DNA from: Pyrobaculum calidifontis JCM 11548
Lineage (GTDB): Archaea > Thermoproteota > Thermoprotei > Thermoproteales > Thermoproteaceae
Reading direction: 5' to 3'
DNA length: 32,000 bases
NCBI RefSeq assembly: GCF_000015805.1
Contig: NC_009073.1
Location: forward strand, 1,740,001-1,772,000
Part shown: in pieces, positions 1 through 7,412 of the stretch
How positions within the stretch are numbered: position 1 is the stretch's first letter
Layout of the letters: each line of letters starts with the position of its first letter
Position numbers and translations under genes: made by a program
The notes under the pieces: generated by a model
The model's database searches: none
Told to the model about the DNA's origin: nothing
What the model saw: only the letters and a program-made list of their open reading frames with translations

Positions 1-1
1 G

Positions 2-781
2 GAGGGCAAATTCTACGTGGCTGTGTCTGCCGACCCCTACGACTGGCAGAGGTGGCTTCGGCCGCTCTTCACAGCCCGCGCCCCTCCGGCGGACTTCCCC
101 TCCACGCCGCTCCCCACGGGGGACGGGTGGAGTAGGCTTGTCCACCCGCCTGAGCCGTTCCTCGACTTCCCCGACCCCATCCCCTACAACCCACACTGCG
201 CCAGCTACTACGGCCACCTCCCCGGCAACTGCCAAGCCGTTGGGTCAAAATTCCCCGTAGCTCTTGGGTCAAGATACCACGAGACAGCTGGGTCGAGGTT
301 CCCTGGGCGAGGCCGCCTCGTGGGCGAGGAGTTCCGCATAAAGGAAGTGGAGGGCGATTACCTGCGCCTTGTGGGGAGGGGTGGGGATGAGTACGTGGCG
401 TGGGACTTCGTCTACGGGGTGTTAGATACTGGCGATTGGGTCCTCATGGGTGGGGACGGTCTCTACTTGGCGGAGCTTAGGGGCGATAGGATAGTTGTCG
501 TGGCGCCGTATGGGGGGCCTGTGGAGAGGGTTAGGGGTCCTCCCTACGGCCTTCTCTACCCGGTTGTGGTGGGTGGGGTGGTGAGGTGGCCGGGGTGGGC
601 TCCGCGGGTTGAGGTGGACCCGTGGTTGCTTTTGAGGTGGCCTCTTGTCTTGCCGGGGTGGGAGGTGGGTGGGCTTGAGTTCTACGGGGCCTACGGCTTG
701 GGGCTTGTGGGGAGGGGCGTGAGAGTGAGGAAGGTGGAGGCTGAGAAGATATGGCTGAGGGAGATAGACGCTAAGTATTAA
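2..781 (+). CDS. Uncharacterised protein, member A of a local three-paralog family (5' end may lie outside the window)
   Basis: ORF track gives 17..781 (GTG at 17), but the frame stays open back to base 2. Residues FPGRG..EGDYL..WVLMGGDGLY..GPP (nt ~299-544) align with the cores of the two minus-strand ORFs at 771-2755. Confidence 0.6.
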   Translation, partial: EGKFYVAVSADPYDWQRWLRPLFTARAPPADFPSTPLPTGDGWSRLVHPPEPFLDFPDPIPYNPHCASYYGHLPGNCQAVGSKFPVALGSRYHETAGSRFPGRGRLVGEEFRIKEVEGDYLRLVGRGGDEYVAWDFVYGVLDTGDWVLMGGDGLYLAELRGDRIVVVAPYGGPVERVRGPPYGLLYPVVVGGVVRWPGWAPRVEVDPWLLLRWPLVLPGWEVGGLEFYGAYGLGLVGRGVRVRKVEAEKIWLREIDAKY

Positions 782-1634
782 CGGTTGCTAGCTTTGCCTT
801 GTACTTCTTGTGTAACAGCTGGGCTAGGCGGACTGCGTATTGGCCGGGGGTCCCCCTGAACGCGGCCAGCGGCCACCTTGTGGCTATGTGAAACACCTCG
901 TCGTCGCGGACACAGACCTCGCTGTCGCCAACCTGGAGGGCGCCCAGGGGGCAGTTTGTCTTTACAGAGGGGGTGCTTGGGAGGACGTCGCCGAGGAATG
1001 GGGGCCCCTCCACAGCCCTAACCTCGCCCCAGTAAGGCCCCTCCACCACGGCGTACCCCACCCTCCCGCTGGGCCCCACGTCTTCTATAAATGCCGCAGT
1101 GTAGAGGCCGTCTTTGCCCATGAGGACCCACCGGTCGCCGACGGTGCCTAAGACAAAGCGGAACGCCGGCACGACACCCTCTGGCGATTCCATCTGTAGA
1201 TACTCGCCCTCAATGGCGTATACGGCGAAGCGCTCGTCCAAGTGGGCACCGCGGCCGGGGACGCGGACACGGGAGAAGATAGACCAAGGCCCCTCCACCC
1301 CGTAGCGCTTTAAGACTGGCTTGAGGTACTCTACGAGGTATCTAGCCGACGTCGCTTGGTACATGTCGTAGGGGGACAGCCTGTCTCCGGCCTTGAGTGG
1401 GAGTCTGAAAGGCCCGCCGGAGGCAGAGGGGTAGGCCAGGTAGGCGTTGGTGAGGTCTAAAACTCTGAGCAGGGAAGAGAGGTAGTCTTCAAAGACGAGG
1501 AGTGGGACAGCCCTACACCCGGGGAAGTAGCGACAGCGCCCCTCCACTCCCACCCCTAGGACAACTACCCTCGACCAGCCGTCGGATCGCTCGTTGTACT
1601 GCCTCGGGTATAGGCCGTAGACTACAGAGGCCAT
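771..1634 (-). CDS. Uncharacterised protein, member B of the local paralog family
   Basis: ORF 771..1685. The first ATG at 1634 (MASVVYGLY..) overlaps the stop of the upstream ORF at 1622. Core VPGRGAHLDERFAVYAIEGEYLQME..RWVLMGKDGLY..GRVGYAVVEGPY..EGPP. Confidence 0.65.
   Translation of the reverse strand: MASVVYGLYPRQYNERSDGWSRVVVLGVGVEGRCRYFPGCRAVPLLVFEDYLSSLLRVLDLTNAYLAYPSASGGPFRLPLKAGDRLSPYDMYQATSARYLVEYLKPVLKRYGVEGPWSIFSRVRVPGRGAHLDERFAVYAIEGEYLQMESPEGVVPAFRFVLGTVGDRWVLMGKDGLYTAAFIEDVGPSGRVGYAVVEGPYWGEVRAVEGPPFLGDVLPSTPSVKTNCPLGALQVGDSEVCVRDDEVFHIATRWPLAAFRGTPGQYAVRLAQLLHKKYKAKLATVNT
999..1262 (-). repeat. Paralogous core segment, copy 1 (inside paralog B); direct repeat of 1787-2047
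   Basis: nt 1191-1262 (CATCTGTAGATACTCGCCCTCAATGGCG..GCGGCCGGGGAC) match nt 1976-2047 (CATCTGAAGATACTCACCCTCCACTGCA..GCGGCCGGGCAC) at roughly 80% by eye. Confidence 0.6.
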
Positions 1635-2755
1635 TTCAAAACCTCTCGGCCCCTCTCCACAAGCTCCCCCGCCTCGTCCTCCCACAGAGCCAAGTTATCC
1701 CCCATGTAGAAGCCCCCGGGGAACCTGCACCCGCTGGCCACCTCGGCCACCCTCTTTGTGCATAGTACGAAGGGCGGCAGGTCTGAGGGGCCCTCCACCT
1801 CTCTCACGTCGCCTCGGTAGGGCTCTTCCACCACGGCGTAGCCGACTCTGCCTCCAGGCCCCTCGGCCCTTTCGAAGCGGGCGAGGTAGAGGCCGTCTTT
1901 GCCCATGAGGACCCACCTGCCGCCGACAGTGCCAAGCACCACGTTGACGGCGAAGTCGAGCCCCCAGGGAGACTCCATCTGAAGATACTCACCCTCCACT
2001 GCATACACCGCGAACCGCTCGCCCAAGTGGGCGCCGCGGCCGGGCACTCTAAGTTCGTCTACTAACGTCCACCCCCCGCTCAAGCCGTACAAGTACGCGA
2101 CGCCGTTTGCATAGTCCACTGGGTAGTACTGAGTGGCAGACACTGACCCGGGGTCGATTTCTGCGACGTCGTCGGGGAACACGGCCACGTCTGGGTAGCG
2201 GGTGCTCCACACCACTCTCGCCGGCCTCCCGCCTTTGGCCACCACGGGAGGCCAAAGGTGGCGCCTCCCCACGTCCGCGGGGCGTCTGCGGGAGATGTAG
2301 TAGGCGGCGACTCCGTCTACGCTGAACCCGTCGAAGTGCACCACGGGGTAGAGGGGGGCGAGCATCCCCTTGTACTCGGCCACGAGGTGTGGGCAGGGGG
2401 AGAGGCTAAAAGAAACCACGGGCAAGAGCCACCCCTCTCCGCCTCCCCAGCGCACAGGCAGAGCCGCGTAGGTGCGACACCTGGCGTAGTTCAATACCAC
2501 GCGGAGGACGCGGGGTATGTGCCCAGTGCCGCACCCCACTGCCATAAACCCGGCCCCGGCCGCCTCGTCGTAGAGGAAGAGGTTGCAGAGTTCGTACATC
2601 TCGCCTAAGACGCGTTTGGTCTTGTGGTGCGGGAGAGAGGCGGGGTCGGGGCCTCCGAGGGGCAGTATTAGCCTACTTGAGGACCTCTGCCGCTGGGGCA
2701 TAGCGCAGGTACGCCGACACTGCCTCGTCGACTGCGGAGCCCACGTCTGCCACAA
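1622..2755 (-). CDS. Uncharacterised protein, member C of the local paralog family (start uncertain, possibly frame-disrupted at its 5' end)
   Basis: ORF 1622..2755 has a TTG start; in-frame ATGs lie at 2701 and 2599. Core VPGRGAHLGERFAVYAVEGEYLQME..RWVLMGKDGLY..GRVGYAVVEEPY..EGP is about 3/4 identical to member B. Confidence 0.6.
   Translation of the reverse strand: MWQTWAPQSTRQCRRTCAMPQRQRSSSRLILPLGGPDPASLPHHKTKRVLGEMYELCNLFLYDEAAGAGFMAVGCGTGHIPRVLRVVLNYARCRTYAALPVRWGGGEGWLLPVVSFSLSPCPHLVAEYKGMLAPLYPVVHFDGFSVDGVAAYYISRRRPADVGRRHLWPPVVAKGGRPARVVWSTRYPDVAVFPDDVAEIDPGSVSATQYYPVDYANGVAYLYGLSGGWTLVDELRVPGRGAHLGERFAVYAVEGEYLQMESPWGLDFAVNVVLGTVGGRWVLMGKDGLYLARFERAEGPGGRVGYAVVEEPYRGDVREVEGPSDLPPFVLCTKRVAEVASGCRFPGGFYMGDNLALWEDEAGELVERGREVLKWPL
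1787..2047 (-). repeat. Paralogous core segment, copy 2 (inside paralog C)
   Basis: See copy 1. Both copies have the same orientation, and identity is higher in the core than in the flanks. Confidence 0.6.
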
Positions 2756-2780
2756 ACCTCATGTCCCCCTCCTCAAACCC

Positions 2781-2789
2781 AATAATAAA
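2781..2789 (-). promoter_or_regulatory. TATA-like box upstream of paralog C
   Basis: The minus strand reads TTTATTATT. Its centre is 23 nt upstream of ATG 2762, the same spacing as the other promoters in this window. Confidence 0.4.
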
Positions 2790-3017
2790 CCTTGTCGGCG
2801 AGCTCCCGCCAGAGAGACTCATCTCTCAGTTTCTCAAAGCGCCGCGTAGTTCAGCACGGCGCATTCAGCTCTGTCAAACCTCTGCTTAGCCGGGAGGAGT
2901 AGCGATACCTACCACCTCGCATTAAAAGCAGTAAGGCGACATAGAGAGCTTGCCTCGACGCTTATGGAGGAGCACTTTTAAGTTGAGCTACTTTGCCCAC
3001 GTGAGGGAGGTGTGTAA

Positions 3018-3343
3018 GATTTCTGCGTCGCGGAGGGGGCGAGGTACACTTTTGCGGGGAGTGGCCGCTATTTTTACATCTCGGCTATATACGATGACGA
3101 CTTGATAGTGGCGGCTCTTAGGTGGGTTGACCTCTCGCTTCACGTGGAGTGGTCGTCTGTCTTGGACGAGGAGGAGGCCGCGGTGCTTTGCCAGAGGTGG
3201 ACTAGGAGGGTGCCGGTGATAATAGACGAGGACGGCGCGGTTGTCTACTACGGCGAGGGGTGGGCAGGATAGAGGGGGAGGTGTACGACCTTCCCACGCC
3301 TCCGGTCCCCTACATAGACGCCGAGACTGGGGAGCTTAAGTGA
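3018..3343 (+). pseudogene. Possible degraded small gene (protein-like reading broken across two frames, no canonical start at its head)
   Basis: Hand translation. Frame 0, nt 3018-3272: ..GRYFYISAIYDDDLIVAALRWVDLSLHVEWSSVLDEEEAAVLCQRWTRRVPVIIDEDGAVVYYGEGWAG*. It continues after a -1 shift as ..GRIEGEVYDLPTPPVPYIDAETGELK*, ending at 3343. Confidence 0.25.
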
Positions 3344-3537
3344 GCTCCTCTAGGTCTGCGGACCGTATTTAGATTGTGGGAATGGAATTTGCCTAGTCCT
3401 ACCTCCTGCTGTAGAAGATGAGCTTGTACGGTCGAGATGCCTCTTTATCCTGCCCCGGCCAAGTAGAACACCGCGGCGAGTGGCTCGAAGTTTTCCACGT
3501 AGTAAAGTGTGTCTGCGATATATGTCTTTTGGCGCCT

Positions 3538-4740
3538 CTACTGGAGTAGCCACTTCCATAGGGGGGTTATCTCTATGTCGACTTGGCCGACGCGCCGCGT
3601 GTCCTCTGTGTCCCATGTGACCACGTGGGCTTTTTTTAGTCCTAGTTTTTCGGCGGCTTTGGCGGCCTTTCGTATGTGGCTCTCGTCGGGGTCGTAGGCG
3701 GCCTCTACTACGGCCCTCTCCTGGCCCACGTAGTAGAAGTCTACTTCTTCTCTGTTTTTGATGTAGTAGATCTTCCCGCCTTCTTCGATGGCTTTTCTCA
3801 GTAGGTGTAGGTATGTCACGTTTTCTATTTTCCGCCCCTTGTCTAGCCCGGCTTTTGTCAAATTTGTGAAGGCTGGGTCTACGAGGTATATCTTGCGGGG
3901 GGCTCCCCGCCGCCTGCCGTAGGGGGGCACGACGAATATTAGGTAGGCCCACTGCATGTATTTGACGTATTTTATCACGGTTTTGGGGTCTATTTCTACT
4001 CCCTCTGAGGCGAGGGCGCGGGCGAGGCTTCGCCAGGTGACTGGGTTGGCGTAGTTCTCTACGACTGTGTAGAAGAGAGCCTCGAATTCCTCAGGCTCTC
4101 TGACTCCCCTGGCCTCTACTACGTCTCTGTAGAAGACTGTGTCGAGGAGGGCTCTCACTTTGTCGAGTGAGCGGCTTTTCCACACCTCGGGGAAGCCGCC
4201 CCATTTGAGGTAGTCGTCGAGTAGGCTCTTGAGGGCCCCCCTCTCGCGGAAGGTGTGGGGCGCCGTGCCGTGGGCCAACTCGGCGAATGAGAGCGGCAGG
4301 AGTAGCTTGGAGATGTACCTGCCTCTGAGGCGGCTCGGCACTTGGTCTACGGAGAGGGCCGAGGTGGAGCCCGTGGCGTATATCTGGAAGTCCTTCACGT
4401 CGTGTAGCCACCTAAGGTTGTAGTCCCAGTTGGGCCACTCCTGCACCTCGTCTAAGAAGAGGGCCACTCTGCCCTTGGGGTAGAGAGAGCGCACCTCCTC
4501 TGCCAGCTTCTTGGCGCTCCACTTCCTCAGCTCTGGGTTGTCAAAGGTGGCGTAGACGGCCTGGCCCCCGGCCTTCAACGTCTCCGCGGCCTTTTTCAAC
4601 AGTGTAAAGGTCTTTCCCACGCGCCGCGGCCCCACCACAGCCACTATGTCGCTCCCCGCCTCTGGGAGGGCGAACCTCCGCGGTATCTCGTCTACGTACT
4701 TCAGCGACTCGACGTACTCCAGAGTCATCTCCTTTAGCAT
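3538..4740 (-). CDS. AAA+ superfamily ATPase, AAA_14 + DUF4143 type (COG1373-like)
   Basis: Walker A is VVGPRRVGKTF and Walker B is ALFLDEVQ. Length and the C-terminal ..VDIEITPLWKWLL are typical of this archaeal ATPase family. ATG 4740 (MLKEMTLEYV) is preferred over ORF-track start 4884 because a TATA box lies 22-25 nt upstream of 4740. Confidence 0.85.
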   Translation of the reverse strand: MLKEMTLEYVESLKYVDEIPRRFALPEAGSDIVAVVGPRRVGKTFTLLKKAAETLKAGGQAVYATFDNPELRKWSAKKLAEEVRSLYPKGRVALFLDEVQEWPNWDYNLRWLHDVKDFQIYATGSTSALSVDQVPSRLRGRYISKLLLPLSFAELAHGTAPHTFRERGALKSLLDDYLKWGGFPEVWKSRSLDKVRALLDTVFYRDVVEARGVREPEEFEALFYTVVENYANPVTWRSLARALASEGVEIDPKTVIKYVKYMQWAYLIFVVPPYGRRRGAPRKIYLVDPAFTNLTKAGLDKGRKIENVTYLHLLRKAIEEGGKIYYIKNREEVDFYYVGQERAVVEAAYDPDESHIRKAAKAAEKLGLKKAHVVTWDTEDTRRVGQVDIEITPLWKWLLQ

Positions 4741-4790
4741 GTTCCATTGTAATCCACAAAAATTTATCTCTTTGTGGACTACAGTGGAAC
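4741..4790 (-). promoter_or_regulatory. Promoter of the ATPase gene embedded in a 20-bp / 10-bp / 20-bp imperfect palindrome (candidate operator)
   Basis: GTTCCATTGTAATCCACAAA (4741-4760) and TTTGTGGACTACAGTGGAAC (4771-4790) are reverse complements at 18 of 20 positions. The minus-strand ATAAATTTTT box (4767-4758) sits at the dyad, about 23 nt from ATG 4740. Confidence 0.5.
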
Positions 4791-4959
4791 ACATACGCCT
4801 TATCGCCACCGCTGACCGACGCCTGCGAGATCCCAAGCGCATGCCCTTTGCACCAGTTGGTCCCCTTGTCGTTGGAATGCGCATAAAGCTATCTCATCCC
4901 TTGGCCACTTTGGCGCGTGTTGAGGACCAGAGCCGAGTCTTGTTGACGTGGGGGCGTGG

Positions 4960-5574
4960 CTAGGGTGGGGCTTGGCCTGTGGCTAGGTAGTGGGCTTTTT
5001 CGGCCATGTATACTGCGTGGTCTGAGGCTCTTTCTAGGAATCTCAGCGCTAGGGTTTCTACGACGGAGCAGGGGGTGGGGTTTTGGATGGCGGCGGCTAA
5101 CGCTTGTCTGTATTCTCGGTCTACGACTTCGTCGTCTAGTTTCCGCACTTCTTGGAGGGGGGCCGGGTCTCTGCGCAGAATCATTCCAACGGCCTTCTGG
5201 GTCATTTCTTTTACCACTTGGGTTATCTTTTCCACTTTCTCTGTGGGGCATTTGACTCCGAGCGTCTCCGCTGTCTCCGCCACGTCGTAGGCGTATCTCG
5301 CTATTCTGTACAAGTCGTAGGTGGCTTCCATGGCTGTTCTGAGGAGGCGGAGGTCTGTGGCCACTGGGTTGAACCTCGCTATTGCCTCCATTGCCAACTC
5401 CACCACCTCGTCGTGTATTTGGTGTATTGTGGAGGCTAGTTCTCTCACGTCGCGCGCCTTGCCTTCTCCCCTGTATACGGCTATGGCGAGGTCTACCGCC
5501 TTTAGGGCCAGCTGCGCCGCGTCGTTTAACATGTTTAAGATTCTCTCCTCTGCCATGTCGAGTAGGCGCCTCAT
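4960..5574 (-). CDS. phoU: Phosphate transport system regulatory protein PhoU
   Basis: Two PhoU repeats (..[13 protein letters not shown].. and ..[23 protein letters not shown]). Last gene of the pst operon; its start overlaps the pstB stop (5571-5574). Confidence 0.9.
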   Translation of the reverse strand: MRRLLDMAEERILNMLNDAAQLALKAVDLAIAVYRGEGKARDVRELASTIHQIHDEVVELAMEAIARFNPVATDLRLLRTAMEATYDLYRIARYAYDVAETAETLGVKCPTEKVEKITQVVKEMTQKAVGMILRRDPAPLQEVRKLDDEVVDREYRQALAAAIQNPTPCSVVETLALRFLERASDHAVYMAEKAHYLATGQAPP

Positions 5575-6311
5575 ATCTTCCCCGTGACGTACTTCTCTGT
5601 GAGCTCGTGGCGGGGCCTTGTGAAGACTTCTCTCACTGGCCCTTCTTCGACGATTTTTCCGCCGTATAGGAAGGCTACCCAGTCTCCCACCCGCGCGGCC
5701 TGCGGCGGGTAGTGGGTGACGAGGACTATGGTCATCTCCTTTTTTAGCTCGAGCATGAGCTCCTCGATTTTGGCTGTGTTTACTGGGTCGAGGTTTGCGG
5801 TGGGCTCGTCCATTAGGAGGACCTCTGGCTTAAAGGCGAGGGCTCTCGCTATGCAGAGCCTCTGTTGTTGTCCGCCGGAGAGGGAGGCGGCGGGGGCGTC
5901 TAGCCTGTTTTTCACTTCTTCCCACAGCTGGGCCTTCTCCAGGGCCCACCTTACTCTCTCTTGGAGCTCTGCCTTGGATTTGACTAGGCGGTTGAGCTTG
6001 GGGCCTAGGGCCACGTTTTCCCATATGGAGAGGGTTGGGATCGGGTTTGGGATTTGGAAGACCATTTGGACTCGCCTCCTGAGCAGGGAGAGGGGCATTT
6101 TGAATATGTCTTGTCCGTCTAGGTACACCTCGCCCTCTATCTTGGGCTTGTACAACTCTACCAGCCTGTTTAACACTCTGAGTATTGTGGATTTGCCGGA
6201 GCCGGAGGGGCCCATGATTACGTATATCACGTTGTTGGGGATCTTCATGGTGACTCCGTCTAGCACTTTTACGTCGCCGAATTGTAGCTTTAGGTCTCTA
6301 ATGTCGATCAC
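5571..6311 (-). CDS. pstB: Phosphate ABC transporter ATP-binding protein PstB (alternative upstream start ATG 6401)
   Basis: Walker [13 protein letters not shown] signature LSGGQQQR, Walker B LLMDEPT. GTG 6311 ([13 protein letters not shown]..) gives a canonical N-terminus and lies 23.5 nt from a CATTTAAG box. The 30 extra residues from ATG 6401 are Arg/Gly-rich and look non-coding. Confidence 0.88.
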   Translation of the reverse strand: MIDIRDLKLQFGDVKVLDGVTMKIPNNVIYVIMGPSGSGKSTILRVLNRLVELYKPKIEGEVYLDGQDIFKMPLSLLRRRVQMVFQIPNPIPTLSIWENVALGPKLNRLVKSKAELQERVRWALEKAQLWEEVKNRLDAPAASLSGGQQQRLCIARALAFKPEVLLMDEPTANLDPVNTAKIEELMLELKKEMTIVLVTHYPPQAARVGDWVAFLYGGKIVEEGPVREVFTRPRHELTEKYVTGKI

Positions 6312-6330
6312 GTTGCGCCCTACCCCAGTT

Positions 6331-6338
6331 CTTAAATG
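6331..6338 (-). promoter_or_regulatory. Possible internal TATA box for pstB
   Basis: The minus strand reads CATTTAAG, centred 23.5 nt upstream of GTG 6311. Confidence 0.35.
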
Positions 6339-6407
6339 TTTTGCCCATATGTACCCGGGGCCTCCCCGCCGCGCCTCCCCGCGCCGTCTTGGGGGCTTCA
6401 TATGTGT

Positions 6408-7412
6408 CTACGCCGAGCGCTGGGCTAGGCGGGCGGCGGCGAATATGGCGAGTATTATCCACAGCAACACCGCGGCGGCGCCCCAAGCCACCTCGTTTTG
6501 AACTGTGTAGGGGGTCTGGGCCATGTAGTAGATGAGTAGCGTCAACGAGCCGGTGGGCTGGCCTAGGTCTACGCCGAAGATTTCGCTGGTGTAGTAGTCG
6601 TTTCCAAAGGCTGTGAAGAGGAGGGGGGCCGTCTCGCCGGCTATCTTGGCGGTGCCTAGGAGGAACGCGGCGAGGATGGCGCGGGCGGCCACTTTTCTCA
6701 TGACGACGAAGAGTGTCTTGTAGAGGGAGCCAGTCACCGCGTACGCCGCCTCTTTGACTGCCTGCGGTATAGAGGCGTATGCCGCCGCGGTGAAGAGCGC
6801 CACGTATGGTATCATGATTATGGCTAGGGCGAGGGCGCCTGCGTATCCGCTGAACGGCCTTATGCCTAGTAGGGAGAGGAGGGCGTAGACGAGTAGCCCG
6901 ATTGTTATTGTGGGGAATTCCACGAGGACGTTTACGCCGATTCTCGCCACTTTTGCCGCCAGCTCGCGGCGGAATTCGCCGAGGTAGACTCCTACGGGGA
7001 AGCCTATGAGGAAGCCGAAGAGTGCCCCAATGGCGGTCATGTAGAGCGTGCCCAAGAGCGCGGGGCCGATGCCGCCGGCCTCGTCGGAGGGGGTCGGCGG
7101 GATGTTCCAAAGAAACGCCAGCCCGCCGTGTTTTACCGCCATGGCTGTGCCGACGTAGAGCACTTGTGCGAGGAATATGTATACCAGCGCCGCGCCTCCG
7201 AGGACGCCTGCAATGGCCACGGCTATGGACAAAGTGTTTCTCAAGACGCGGGGCCCCGCCGCGCCGAGCGCCACCACTGCAACCGTCGCTGCGTAGAGGA
7301 CGTGGGAGAGGCGCAGGCCGCCCAGCGTGGGGTCTCCCAGGAGGGCGGCCGCCAGCGCCGATAGGAGCAGCCCCGCCAAGAGGGCCCCCGCGTAGAACAG
7401 GGCTTGTATCAT
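6408..7412 (-). CDS. pstA: Phosphate ABC transporter permease PstA
   Basis: Polytopic membrane protein with the PstA-type EAA loop ..LLGTAKIAGETAPLLFTAFG... Position after pstC. ATGA overlap with the pstC stop (7409-7412). Confidence 0.85.
   Translation of the reverse strand: MIQALFYAGALLAGLLLSALAAALLGDPTLGGLRLSHVLYAATVAVVALGAAGPRVLRNTLSIAVAIAGVLGGAALVYIFLAQVLYVGTAMAVKHGGLAFLWNIPPTPSDEAGGIGPALLGTLYMTAIGALFGFLIGFPVGVYLGEFRRELAAKVARIGVNVLVEFPTITIGLLVYALLSLLGIRPFSGYAGALALAIIMIPYVALFTAAAYASIPQAVKEAAYAVTGSLYKTLFVVMRKVAARAILAAFLLGTAKIAGETAPLLFTAFGNDYYTSEIFGVDLGQPTGSLTLLIYYMAQTPYTVQNEVAWGAAAVLLWIILAIFAAARLAQRSA

Noticed and set aside
2673-2680. Programmed +1 frameshift at AAG-TAG-G
   Set aside because: A Lys tRNA on AAG cannot re-pair on AGT in the +1 frame, and no known slippery motif is present. 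A mutation, an assembly error or an independent short ORF is more likely.
3448-3540. 30 protein-like codons (RRQKTYIADTLYYVENFEPLAAVFYLAGAG) in frame after the ATPase stop
   Set aside because: It is too short, has no start codon, and the ATPase already ends with its family-typical C-terminus. It is noted only as possible debris within the gene-poor gap.
3350-3952. 200-aa minus-strand ORF
   Set aside because: It is an Arg-rich alternative frame overlapping the ATPase gene.
4741-4884. 48-residue N-terminal extension of the ATPase ORF
   Set aside because: It would read through the palindrome and TATA box. Its sequence is Arg-rich filler, and ATG 4740 has correct promoter spacing.
4791-4959. 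Possible tRNA or att site in the 169-bp spacer between phoU and the ATPase promoter
   Set aside because: It has only a weak 6-bp stem (GCGCAT..ATGCGC). There is no cloverleaf, no conserved T-loop or D-loop sequence, and no integrase nearby.
5716-6501. 261-aa + strand ORF
   Set aside because: It lies exactly antisense to the strongly supported pstB. It is Ser-rich and low-complexity with no motif. This is a typical shadow ORF of a GC-rich genome.
6298-7110. 270-aa minus-strand ORF
   Set aside because: It is an alternative frame of pstA. It is extremely Arg/Pro/His-rich and not protein-like. pstA carries the real membrane-protein signal.
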